The position numbers were made by a program, and so were the translations under genes. 56,298 bases of DNA, taken from Macrostomum lignano. Its lineage: Eukaryota. Shown piece by piece: positions 24,501 to 39,320 of the stretch; position 1 is the stretch's first letter, and each line of letters starts with the position of its first letter. Below the pieces are notes generated by a model. The model was not told the origin of the DNA. It was given only the letters and a program-made list of their open reading frames with translations, and did not search any database. The stretch lies in NCBI GenBank assembly GCA_002269645.1, contig NIVC01004184.1, positions 1 to 56,298 on the forward strand, read 5' to 3'.

Positions 24501-27500
24501 TAAGCAGGTCGTGATTAGACACGTGAACAGGTAGTGATTAGACACGGTGAACAGGTAATGATCGACACAGTGAACAGGTCGTGATTAGACACGGTGAACA
24601 GGTAGTGATTAGACACGTGAACAGGTAGTGATTAGACACGGTGAACAGGTAGTGATTAGACACGGTGAACAGGTCGTGATCAGACACGGTGAACAGGTCG
24701 TGATTAGACACGGTGAACAGGTCGTGATTAGACACGGTGAAGCAGGTCGTGATTAGACACGGTGAACAGGTAGTGATTAGACACGGTGAACAGGTCGTGA
24801 TCAGACATGGTAAGCAGGTCGTGATTAGACACGGTGAGCAGGTAGTGATTAGACACGGTGAACAGGTCGTGATCAGACATGGTAAGCAGGTCGTGATTAG
24901 ACACGGTGAGCAGGTCGTGATTAGACACGGTGAACAGGTCGTGATCAGACATGGTAAGCAGGTCGTGATTAGACACAGTGAACAGGTAGTGATTAGACAC
25001 AGTGAACAGGTAGTGATTAGACACAGTGAACAGGTAGTGATTAGACACGGTGAACAGGTCGTGATCAGACATGGTAAGCAGGTCGTGATTAGACACAGTG
25101 AACAGGTAGTGATTAGACACGGTGAACAGGTCGTGATCAGACATGGTAAGCAGGTCGTGATTAGACACGTGAACAGGTAGTGATTAGACACGGTGAACAG
25201 GTCGTGATCAGACATGGTAAGCAGGTCGTGATTAGACACGGTGAAGCAGGTCGTGATTAGACACGGTGAACAGGTCGTGATTAGACACGGTGAAGCAGGT
25301 CGTGATTAGACACGGTGAACAGGTAGTGATTAGACACGGTGAACAGGTCGTGATCAGACATGGTAAGCAGGTCGTGATTAGACACGGTGAGCAGGTCGTG
25401 ATTAGACACGGTGAACAGGTCGTGATCAGACATGGTAAGCAGGTCGTGATTAGACACGGTGAACAGGTAGTGATTAGACACGGTGAACAGGTCGTGATCA
25501 GACATGGTAAGCAGGTCGTGATTAGACACGGTGAGCAGGTCGTGATTAGACACGGTGAACAGGTCGTGATCAGACATGGTAAGCAGGTCGTGATTAGACA
25601 CGGTGAGCAGGTCGTGATTAGACACGGTGAACAGGTCGTGATCAGACATGGTAAGCAGGTCGTGATTAGACACGTGAACAGGTAGTGATTAGACATGGTA
25701 AGCAGGTCGTGATTAGACACGGTGAACAGGTCGTGATTAGACACGGTGAACAGGTAGTGATTAGACACGGTGAACAGGTCGTGATCAGACATGGTAAGCA
25801 GGTCGTGATTAGACACGGTGAAGCAGGTCGTGATTAGACACGGTGAACAGGTCGTGATTAGACACGGTGAGCAGGTCGTGATTAGACACGGTGAACAGGT
25901 AGTGATTAGACACGGTGAACAGGTCGTGATCAGACATGGTAAGCAGGTCGTGATTAGACACGGTGAGCAGGTCGTGATTAGACACGGTGAACAGGTCGTG
26001 ATCAGACATGGTAAGCAGGTCGTGATTAGACACGGTGAACAGGTAGTGATTAGACACGGTGAACAGGTCGTGATCAGACATGGTAAGCAGGTCGTGATTA
26101 GACACGGTGAGCAGGTCGTGATTAGACACGGTGAACAGGTCGTGATCAGACATGGTAAGCAGGTCGTGATTAGACACGGTGAGCAGGTCGTGATTAGACA
26201 CGGTGAACAGGTCGTGATCAGACATGGTAAGCAGGTCGTGATTAGACACAGTGAACAGGTAGTGATTAGACACAGGTGAACAGGTCGTGATTAGACACAG
26301 TGAACAGGTAGTGATTAGACACGGTGAACAGGTCGTGATCAGACATGGTAAGCAGGTCGTGATTAGACACAGTGAACAGGTAGTGATTAGACACGGTGAA
26401 CAGGTCGTGATCAGACATGGTAAGCAGGTCGTGATTAGACACGGTGAGCAGGTCGTGATTAGACACGGTGAACAGGTCGTGATCAGACACGGTGAACAGG
26501 TCGTGATTAGACACAGTGAACAGGTAGTGATTAGACACGGTGAACAGGTCGTGATCAGACATGGTAAGCAGGTCGTGATTAGACACGGTGAGCAGGTAGT
26601 GATTAGACACGGTGAACAGGTCGTGATCAGACATGGTAAGCAGGTCGTGATTAGACACGGTGAGCAGGTCGTGATTAGACACGGTGAACAGGTCGTGATC
26701 AGACATGGTAAGCAGGTCGTGATTAGACACAGTGAACAGGTAGTGATTAGACACAGTGAACAGGTCGTGATTAGACACAGTGAACAGGTAGTGATTAGAC
26801 ACGGTGAACAGGTCGTGATCAGACATGGTAAGCAGGTCGTGATTAGACACAGTGAACAGGTAGTGATTAGACACGGTGAACAGGTCGTGATCAGACATGG
26901 TAAGCAGGTCGTGATTAGACACGGTGAGCAGGTCGTGATTAGACACGGTGAACAGGTAGTGATTAGACACGGTGAACAGGTCGTGATCAGACATGGTAAG
27001 CAGGTCGTGATTAGACACGGTGAGCAGGTAGTGATTAGACACGGTGAACAGGTCGTGATCAGACATGGTAAGCAGGTCGTGATTAGACACGGTGAGCAGG
27101 TCGTGATTAGACACGGTGAACAGGTCGTGATCAGACATGGTAAGCAGGTCGTGATTAGACACGGTGAGCAGGTAGTGATTAGACACGGTGAACAGGTCGT
27201 GATCAGACATGGTAAGCAGGTCGTGATTAGACACGGTGAGCAGGTCGTGATTAGACACGGTGAACAGGTAGTGATTAGACACGGTGAACAGGTCGTGATC
27301 AGACATGGTAAGCAGGTCGTGATTAGACACGGTGAGCAGGTAGTGATTAGACACGGTGAACAGGTCGTGATCAGACATGGTAAGCAGGTCGTGATTAGAC
27401 ACGGTGAGCAGGTCGTGATTAGACACGGTGAACAGGTCGTGATCAGACATGGTAAGCAGGTCGTGATTAGACACAGTGAACAGGTAGTGATTAGACACAG

Positions 27501-30500
27501 TGAACAGGTCGTGATTAGACACAGTGAACAGGTAGTGATTAGACACGGTGAACAGGTCGTGATCAGACATGGTAAGCAGGTCGTGATTAGACACAGTGAA
27601 CAGGTAGTGATTAGACACGGTGAACAGGTCGTGATCAGACATGGTAAGCAGGTCGTGATTAGACACGGTGAGCAGGTCGTGATTAGACACGGTGAACAGG
27701 TAGTGATTAGACACGGTGAACAGGTCGTGATCAGACATGGTAAGCAGGTCGTGATTAGACACGGTGAGCAGGTAGTGATTAGACACGGTGAACAGGTCGT
27801 GATCAGACATGGTAAGCAGGTCGTGATTAGACACGGTGAGCAGGTCGTGATTAGACACGGTGAACAGGTCGTGATCAGACATGGTAAGCAGGTCGTGATT
27901 AGACACGGTGAGCAGGTAGTGATTAGACACGGTGAACAGGTCGTGATCAGACATGGTAAGCAGGTCGTGATTAGACACGGTGAGCAGGTCGTGATTAGAC
28001 ACGGTGAACAGGTCGTGATCAGACATGGTAAGCAGGTCGTGATTAGACACAGTGAACAGGTAGTGATTAGACACGGTGAACAGGTAGTGATTAGACACGG
28101 TGAACAGGTAGTGATTAGACACGGTGAACAGGTAGTGATTAGACACGGTGAACAGGTAGTGATTAGACACGGTGAACAGGTCGTGATCAGACACGGTGAA
28201 CAGGTCGTGATTAGACACGGTGAACAGGTCGTGATTAGACACGGTGAGCAGGTCGTGATTAGACACGGTGAACAGGTCGTGATCAGACATGGTAAGCAGG
28301 TCGTGATTAGACACAGTGAACAGGTAGTGATTAGACACGGTGAACAGGTAGTGATTAGACACAGTGAACAGGTAGTGATTAGACACGGTGAACAGGTAGT
28401 GATTAGACACGGTGAGCAGGTCGTGATTAGACACGGTGAGCAGGTCGTGATTAGACACGGTGAACAGGTCGTGATCAGACATGGTAAGCAGGTCGTGATT
28501 AGACACAGTGAACAGGTAGTGATTAGACACGGTGAACAGATAATGATCGGACACAGTGAACAGGTCGTGATTAGACACGGTGAACAGATCGTGATTAGAC
28601 ACGGTGAACAGATAATGATCGGACACAGTGAACAGGTCGTGATTAGACACGGTGAACAGGTCGTGATCAGACATGGTAAGCAGGTCGTGATTAGACACGG
28701 TGAGCAGGTCGTGATTAGACACGGTGAACAGGTCGTGATCAGACATGGTAAGCAGGTCGTGATTAGACACAGTGAACAGGTAGTGATTAGACACGGTGAA
28801 CAGGTCGTGATCAGACATGGTAAGCAGGTCGTGATTAGACACAGTGAACAGGTAGTGATTAGACACGGTGAACAGGTCGTGATCAGACATGGTAAGCAGG
28901 TCGTGATTAGACACAGTGAACAGGTAGTGATTAGACACGGTGAACAGATAATGATCGGACACAGTGAACAGGTCGTGATTAGACACGGTGAACAGGTAGT
29001 GATTAGACACAGTGAACAGGTAGTGATTAGACACGGTGAACAGGTAGTGATTAGACACGGTGAACAGGTCGTGATCAGACACGGTGAACAGGTCGTGATT
29101 AGACACGGTGAACAGGTCGTGATTAGACACGGTGAGCAGGTCGTGATTAGACACGGTGAACAGGTAGTGATTAGACACGGTGAACAGGTCGTGATCAGAC
29201 ATGGTAAGCAGGTCGTGATTAGACACGGTGAGCAGGTAGTGATTAGACACGGTGAACAGGTCGTGATCAGACATGGTAAGCAGGTCGTGATTAGACACGG
29301 TGAGCAGGTCGTGATTAGACACGGTGAACAGGTCGTGATCAGACATGGTAAGCAGGTCGTGATTAGACACAGTGAACAGGTAGTGATTAGACACAGTGAA
29401 CAGGTAGTGATTAGACACAGTGAACAGGTAGTGATTAGACACGGTGAACAGGTCGTGATCAGACATGGTAAGCAGGTCGTGATTAGACACAGTGAACAGG
29501 TAGTGATTAGACACGGTGAACAGGTCGTGATCAGACATGGTAAGCAGGTCGTGATTAGACACAGTGAACAGGTAGTGATTAGACACGGTGAACAGGTCGT
29601 GATCAGACATGGTAAGCAGGTCGTGATTAGACACGGTAAGCAGGTCGTGATTAGACACGGTGAGCAGGTCGTGATTAGACACGGTGAGCAGGTCGTGATT
29701 AGACACGGTGAACAGGTAGTGATTAGACACGGTGAACAGGTCGTGATCAGACATGGTAAGCAGGTCGTGATTAGACACGGTGAGCAGGTCGTGATTAGAC
29801 ACGGTGAACAGGTCGTGATCAGACATGGTAAGCAGGTCGTGATTAGACACGGTGAACAGGTAGTGATTAGACACGGTGAACAGGTCGTGATCAGACATGG
29901 TAAGCAGGTCGTGATTAGACACGGTGAGCAGGTCGTGATTAGACACGGTGAACAGGTCGTGATCAGACATGGTAAGCAGGTCGTGATTAGACACGGTGAG
30001 CAGGTCGTGATTAGACACGGTGAACAGGTCGTGATCAGACATGGTAAGCAGGTCGTGATTAGACACAGTGAACAGGTAGTGATTAGACATGGTAAGCAGG
30101 TAGTAATTAGACACGGTGAACAGGTAGTGATTAGACACGGTGAACAGGTAGTGATTAGACACGGTGAACAGGTCGTGATCAGACATGGTAAGCAGGTCGT
30201 GATTAGACACGGTAAGCAGGTCGTGATTAGACACGGTGAGCAGGTCGTGATTAGACACGGTGAGCAGGTCGTGATTAGACACGGTGAACAGGTAGTGATT
30301 AGACACGGTGAACAGGTCGTGATCAGACATGGTAAGCAGGTCGTGATTAGACACGGTGAGCAGGTCGTGATTAGACACGGTGAACAGGTCGTGATCAGAC
30401 ATGGTAAGCAGGTCGTGATTAGACACGGTGAACAGGTAGTGATTAGACACGGTGAACAGGTCGTGATCAGACATGGTAAGCAGGTCGTGATTAGACACGG

Positions 30501-32212
30501 TGAGCAGGTCGTGATTAGACACGGTGAACAGGTCGTGATCAGACATGGTAAGCAGGTCGTGATTAGACACGGTGAGCAGGTCGTGATTAGACACGGTGAA
30601 CAGGTCGTGATCAGACATGGTAAGCAGGTCGTGATTAGACACAGTGAACAGGTAGTGATTAGACACAGTGAACAGGTAGTGATTAGACACAGTGAACAGG
30701 TAGTGATTAGACACGGTGAACAGGTCGTGATCAGACATGGTAAGCAGGTCGTGATTAGACACAGTGAACAGGTAGTGATTAGACACGGTGAACAGGTCGT
30801 GATCAGACATGGTAAGCAGGTCGTGATTAGACACGGTGAGCAGGTCGTGATTAGACACGGTGAACAGGTCGTGATCAGACACGGTGAACAGGTCGTGATT
30901 AGACACAGTGAACAGGTAGTGATTAGACACGGTGAACAGGTCGTGATCAGACATGGTAAGCAGGTCGTGATTAGACACGGTGAACAGGTAGTGATTAGAC
31001 ACGGTGAACAGGTCGTGATCAGACACGGTGAACAGGTCGTGATTAGACACGGTGAACAGGTCGTGATTAGACACGGTGAGCAGGTCGTGATTAGACACGG
31101 TGAACAGGTCGTGATCAGACACGGTGAACAGGTCGTGATTAGACACGGTGAACAGGTCGTGATTAGACACGGTGAGCAGGTCGTGATTAGACACGGTGAA
31201 CAGGTCGTGATCAGACATGGTAAGCAGGTCGTGATTAGACACAGTGAACAGGTAGTGATTAGACACGGTGAACAGGTCGTGATCAGACATGGTAAGCAGG
31301 TCGTGATTAGACACGGTGAGCAGGTAGTGATTAGACACGGTGAACAGGTCGTGATCAGACATGGTAAGCAGGTCGTGATTAGACACGGTGAACAGGTAGT
31401 GATTAGACACGGTGAACAGGTCGTGATCAGACATGGTAAGCAGGTCGTGATTAGACACAGTGAACAGGTAGTGATTAGACACGGTGAACAGGTCGTGATC
31501 AGACATGGTAAGCAGGTCGTGATTAGACACGGTGAGCAGGTCGTGATTAGACACGGTGAACAGGTCGTGATCAGACATGGTAAGCAGGTCGTGATTAGAC
31601 ACGGTGAACAGGTAGTGATTAGACACGGTGAACAGGTCGTGATCAGACATGGTAAGCAGGTCGTGATTAGACACAGTGAACAGGTCGTGATTAGACACGG
31701 TGAACAGGTAGTGATTAGACACAGTGAACAGGTAGTGATTAGACACGGTGAACAGGTAGTGATTAGACACGGTGAACAGGTCGTGATCAGACATGGTAAG
31801 CAGGTCGTGATTAGACACAGTGAACAGGTCGTGATTAGACACGGTGAACAGGTAGTGATTAGACACAGTGAACAGGTAGTGATTAGACACGGTGAACAGG
31901 TAGTGATTAGACACGGTGAACAGGTCGTGATCAGACACGGTGAACAGGTCGTGATTAGACACGGTGAACAGGTCGTGATTAGACACGGTGAGCAGGTCGT
32001 GATTAGACACGGTGAACAGGTCGTGATCAGACACGGTGGACAGATCGTGATTAGACACGGTGAACAGATAATGATCGGACACAGTGAACAGGTCGTGATT
32101 AGACACGGTGAACAGATAATGATCGGACACAGTGAACAGGTCGTGATTAGACACGGTGAACAGATCGTGATTAGACACGGTGAACAGATAATGATCGGAC
32201 ACAGTGAACAGG
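9593..32212. repeat. 24-bp satellite (consensus caggtcgtgattagacacggtgaa), about 940 copies, filling intron 5 of the lectin/sushi gene
   Basis: Continuous array of a few recurrent variants; source of all VIRHGEQV, SNHDLFTV and LITTCSPC ORFs. Confidence 0.99.
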
Positions 32213-32258
32213 TACACAAGCAGGCCATCACAAGCAATCAGCTGAGTTGCAAACTCAC

Positions 32259-32792
32259 CAATACAGCGAATGTTCTGAATAACGCCGTCAGTGCTGAAGG
32301 TGCCTCGGACACCAACCCAACTGGCCGTGGTGCTGCTGTCATTCTCGGCCAGACAGGCCAGCTGTCGCTCATACTTCTGATCCTGGAAGAACTGACCGAC
32401 CGAGTTGCAGGTGATGTAAACCTCGGACGAGTAGGTTGAGAATCGATTCACTTCCAGATCGGAGAACCATCGGTTCAGCTCGTGGTTGTAGGCCTTGGCC
32501 GGGTGCACTCCGCTGTAGTTGGCTAGCACCGTGCGAATGTCCAGGCACTTGATCGGAGCGCACACGCTAGAGCTGGACGGCATCCAGATGCCCAGCCACG
32601 ACAGGCTCGGGTCCTGGTAGCACGCGACCCTGGCCACCTTGGAGCTGGGATCCATGGATGACACGTAGCCGTGTTTGCACGTAACGTTGAAGCCTTCGCC
32701 GAACTTGTAGCCACTCTTGACCAGGGCTTCGCTAAACGGCAGCGCGTTGTCGATGCCCAGCTCGGCCAGAGGCTGAGTGTCGCAGCCCGCCA
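32259..32792 (-). CDS. Lectin/sushi gene exon 5: two sushi/CCP-like modules
   Basis: ctcaag|tg acceptor, g|gtgagt donor, 534 nt, phase 1 to 1; GCDTQP...FGEGFNVTCKHGY...VACYQ...W...CAPIKC...VYITC...LAC...W...RCI. Confidence 0.85.
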
Positions 32793-33169
32793 CTTGAGTA
32801 GGGAAGGATACAAACGAGAAAGTATAGAATCCCATGCACGATCTGTGGTTGTGCCCATCATTCGACCTGTCCTTTGGATCGCGGAGGGAGAGTCCTAGAG
32901 CGGGGATGTCTCAAAATTTTAATTCTCTTATGGTCCGACAAGTTTTAGTTTGTCTGGAGCTCTACTCCCGGGCTCCATCCCCGCTGCATAGGCCGTCATC
33001 CCTTTAAGCATTTAGAGACGTCCGACTGTTTAAAAGACTTCCAGATAATATTCGAGTGTGTGGGCTTTCTGACCTAAATGATGTCATTTGCTTCAGCTCC
33101 TTCATTGGCTTGTGCTTGCTTTAGTTAAATAAAGCTAATTACACAACATATCGACAATTGAAAACTCAC

Positions 33170-33466
33170 GGAGACAAGACTCAATGGTGCCCTGCACCCA
33201 AACTGGAGACACCAGCTCGGGATCCTCACTGTTCATCGAGTCGGTGCAATTGACGCCGTTCGGCACGGGCGTCGACGTGCTCTCCGGGGACTGCGTGGTC
33301 GTCCCCAGCTGCTGTCCAGTGTACACAGCAGCCTCCATGGCCGAGCGGCGGTAGTAGCCTTTTCGACAGGCGGCCACCGTGGCCTCGCCGATGTGGACAG
33401 CCTTGGCCGGCAGGTCCATCGACTCGGGATTGTAGCCGGCGAGGTTGCTCAGGCTGCAGCGTTTGG
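33170..33466 (-). CDS. Lectin/sushi gene exon 4: sushi-like module with Thr/Ser insert
   Basis: ttgcag|cc acceptor, c|gtgagt donor, 297 nt; KRCSL...HIGEATVAACRKGY...VNCT...W...SCL. Confidence 0.8.
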
Positions 33467-33751
33467 CTGCAATTTCAACAGATATTCTTCTTTTCATTAA
33501 ATAAAACAAATGAATAATGCAGCACAGGTTCAGTTCTCAATGATAAATCATGTAACTGAGGAACATCCGAGAGCTTCAACGCGATGAAGTTTCGGAATGG
33601 AAATCCAGCCATGTTATTCAGTGTCACGCCAATGCAGGCCTCTATTCGAACGCAGCTCGAGTTCAATTCAATGTAGCTTTGTTGAACTTATAAAAACCGA
33701 GAAAAACTTAACATTAATACGCTAGAATAATGTCTCCGGATTTTCACGTAC

Positions 33752-34003
33752 CCTCGTAGTAGCAGAAGAATGGCTTCCGCTCCGAGCAGCCTCCTGTGTA
33801 CAGCTCAAGGTAGGTCGTCCATTCGCCGCCGACCTTTGTGTTAACGAGGGCGGTGAAGACACAGTTCTCAGTTCCTGGGTTGGTCGCCCAGCCCGAGGTC
33901 ACGTCAGCTGGCGGGCTCCTGTCGACCCATTTATACGGCGATGCTGTGCTCTCTGCGGGTTGAACGTTACAGATCAGGCTGATTGGTGGCCGGCCGTGTT
34001 GGT
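33752..34003 (-). CDS. Lectin/sushi gene exon 3: C-terminal half of C-type lectin-like domain
   Basis: ttcag|ac acceptor, g|gtacgt donor, 252 nt; YKWVD...WATNPGTENCV...GGCSERKPFFCYY matches the CTLD end pattern. Confidence 0.85.
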
Positions 34004-34033
34004 CTGAACTCAAGGATAATTAGGGACACTCAC

Positions 34034-34291
34034 CGCGTCTGGCGGCCACCCACACGGCGCCGTAGTTGCCTCGCATTGTCAGGAAGCGCTTCACGGCGGC
34101 CAGCTCAGTCGAGCTTTGCAGCGTGCTGAGCTTCGAGCCGGCGGCCCTAGCGCCCACCGCGGGACCGCGCAGGCTGTCGCAGTGGGCTCGGGCCTCCGTC
34201 CAGTTGAGCATGAGCTCGTACTGCCTGAGGCACCACCCAATGCCGCTGTCGTAGGTCCACTTGACGCCGCACGGGCTGGCGGATACGGGGC
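34034..34291 (-). CDS. Lectin/sushi gene exon 2: N-terminal half of C-type lectin-like domain
   Basis: ttgcag|gc acceptor, g|gtgagt donor, 258 nt; CGVKW...WCLRQYELMLNWTEARAHC...KLSTLQS..E...V...AVWVAA. Confidence 0.88.
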
Positions 34292-34321
34292 CTGCAAGTG
34301 GAGAAAATTAGCAGTAAGCTC

Positions 34322-35212
34322 ACACACTTCCCATCGATCAGACACCCTTCCCATCAATCAGACACCCTTCCAATCAATTAGACAACCTTCCCATCGCTCA
34401 GACACCCTTCCCATCGCTCAGACACCCTTCCCATCGCTCAGACACCCTTCCCATCGATCAGACACCCTTCCCATCGATCGCACACCCTTCCCATCGATCA
34501 CACACCCTTCCCATCGATCACACACCCTTCCCATCGATCACACACTCTTCCCATCGATCACACACCCTTCCCATCGATCACACACCCTTCACATCGAACG
34601 CACACCCTTCCCATCGATCACACACCCTTCACATCGATCACACACCCTTCACATCGATCACACACCCTTCCCATCGATCACACACCCTTCCCATCGATCA
34701 CACACTCTTCCCATCGATCACACACCCTTCCCATCGATCACACACCCTTCACATCGAACGCACACCCTTCCCATCGATCACACACCCTTCACATCGATCA
34801 CACACCCTTCACATCGATCACACACCCTTCACATCGATCACACACCCTTCACATCGATCACACACCCTTCACATCGATCACACACCCTTCACATCGATCA
34901 CACACCCTTCACATCGATCACACACCCTTCACATCGATCACACACCCTTCACATCGATCACACACCCTTCACATCGATCACACACCCTTCACATCGATCA
35001 CACACCCTTCACATCGATCACACACCCTTCATATCGATCACACACCCTTCACATCGATCACACACCCTTCACATCGAACGCACACGCTTCACATCGATCA
35101 CACACCCTTCACATCGATCACACACCCTTCACATCGATCACACACCCTTCACATCGATCACACACCCTTCACATCGATCACACACCCTTCACATCGAACG
35201 CACACGCTTCCC
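34322..35212. repeat. 20-bp minisatellite (cacacccttcacatcgatca), about 44 copies, intron 1
   Basis: Direct reading. Confidence 0.97.
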
Positions 35213-35735
35213 AACCATTCGATGCAGCCAGTTTGGAAACTCACCGCTTTCCAGCAGCAGCAGCAGCGACGGCAGCAGTGAAAGCAGTCGTGAAGCAGTC
35301 ATAGCCGTGTATTTACAGTTTTAAAACCGACGATTCAAAGCCATCCGATATTTCCAAAAGCATCGCTTTTTTAAAAACAAATTGTTTCCCGTTTCCCGGA
35401 GCAGTACGCCATCTCAAGGGGAACAATGCACGCACAGAAGCAATTTCGATAACAAAGGAAGACTATGGAACTAAAAAATCAATAGACTCAGTTGCCAAGG
35501 CAGCTGGCAAAAAAATAGCAGCGAAAGATGAAAAATAGACAGAAACACAGATAGGGATGAAAGAGACCCGCACCTGTTGAGACATTATTCACTCACATGC
35601 AGTTCCTAGACACCTGCCTTTTATATTGGTACGCAATTGGTGATTTTTTTCTCTACCCTCTGAGATGAGTCGCTTCGACTCTATTCAGTTCGCTACGGAT
35701 TGTTTTACTGAAGTCTCTCAGTAAAGCTCAGTTCC

Positions 35736-37890
<2,155 letters not shown>

Positions 37891-38920
37891 TCTGTCTGCT
37901 GGCGGAGCTGGGCTTCTACCCGACAAGGCGGTGGGAGTTCGGCTTCCTGCCGTGCAACCCGGCCGGCTGTGCAAGTGCTGCCAGGCGCACGCCAGGTTCA
38001 CCTCCGTCTGCCCGGGATCCGCGTCCACGACCGTCAAGATCATCATCAGCCAGAGGATCGACTGCAACTCGGTCAACGCCGTCTACACGGTGTTCTGCCG
38101 CCGCTGCAGCTGCACGGTCTACGTCGGCGAGACGGTCCGCGTATAACAGCATACGCGCCCGCATGCTAGCGCACGTCGGCGACATCAGCCACGCACGCGA
38201 CACTCCGGTGGCCCGCCACTTCAGCAACGATGGCCATGAGGACTTCGCCTTCACCGGAGTGTGGACGAGAGACGGCTCTGGATCCAAGGCCAACGAACGA
38301 CGTCAACGTCAGGAAGCCAAACTCATCGCGGTCCTGAAGACTCTGGTCCCAAATGGCGCCAACGAGCTGGCCGGGTGCTGCACAATCCGGCGATCCCACT
38401 GATTGTGCCGCACTGCGCTGGGTCTGACACCCTGGTTGCCAAGGTGAAGGACGGCTTGGCACGGCACTGCGATGCCCCTGTACTGCCGGCCTTCACTAAA
38501 GGGAGGAGCCTTCGGGATCTGCTCTGCCACAGCCAGCTCGAACCAGCTTCTGCCAATTGAGTGACACCGTGCATGGTGCATTTTCACTCTACTTATTTAT
38601 TTATTTACTTACTTATTTATTTACTTTTTATTATTCTGTGTTGACTCAGTTCATTTTGCTCTTTATTATTTGTTTTCATTTATTTAACCTTTGAAGGCCC
38701 ACTGTATTGCGCAATCTCGCTTTAGCCAACCGGTTTTGGAATTTAGATTCTTGACTCATAGTTGATGTACATACAGTATGCACTTGCGCGATCCCTCCCC
38801 CCACTTTTCGCTTATATTTATTTGTCGGCTTCTCACAATAATTATATTCATTTATTCATTTAAAAAAATATTCATTTTTGCCCTGACGAAGAATTTCGTA
38901 TTCGAAATATCTGCAACTAA
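37891..38920 (+). mobile_element. Decayed Penelope-like element (PLE) 3' fragment: Cys linker, GIY-YIG endonuclease (frameshifted), 3' UTR
   Basis: Across frameshifts near 37955 and 38145 the translation reads GFLPC..RLCKCC...IDCNSVNAVYTVFCRRC..VYVGETVR / IRARMLAHVGDISHARDTPVARHF..GH...ERRQRQEAKLIAVLKTLVPNGAN, typical of the PLE GIY-YIG. Also PAFTKGRSLRDLLCHS, the PLE RT-EN linker motif. Confidence 0.85.
38877..38916 (+). ncRNA. Minimal type I hammerhead ribozyme motif associated with the PLE
   Basis: CUGACGA (38883-38889), extra A, stem II GAAU/AUUC with UUCGU loop, GAAA (38904-38907), palindromic AUAU in place of stem III, putative cleavage after C38911, stem I UUGC/GCAA with a C-U mismatch at the core-proximal pair. 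Confidence 0.7.
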
Positions 38921-38983
38921 CTCCTTTTGAACTTTTTTGTTTGTCTTGTTGCTTTGCCGTGTCGGCGCCCTCGGGATTGGAGG

Positions 38984-39020
<37 letters not shown>

Positions 39021-39052
39021 TCTCCCTCTCTCCCTCTCTCTCCCTCTCTCCC

Positions 39053-39094
<42 letters not shown>

Positions 39095-39237
39095 TCTCTC
39101 TCTCTCTCTCTCTCTCTCCCTCTCTCCCTCTCTCCCTCTCTCTCCTCTCTCCCTCTCTCTCCCTCTCTCTCCCTCTCTCCCTCTCTCTCCCTCTCTCTCC
39201 CTCTCTCCCTCTCTCTCCCTCTCTCTCCCTCTCTCCC

Positions 39238-39320
<83 letters not shown>

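Noticed and set aside
9593-32212. Telomeric or known centromeric identity of the satellite
   Set aside because: There are no TTAGGG-type repeats, and the sequence alone cannot establish centromere function.
9503-32439. Giant ORFs (up to 2,219 aa) of VIRHGEQV, LITTCSPC and SNHDLFTV repeats as independent genes
   Set aside because: They are automatic consequences of a 24-nt unit being stop-free in three frames, with no unique N-terminus or promoter. Only the exon-5 read-through is kept as a testable finding.
33555-33650. Possible extra exon EACIGVTLNNMAGFPF... in intron 3 of the lectin gene
   Set aside because: There is an acceptor-like AG but no phase-compatible donor, and exons 3 and 4 already join in frame.
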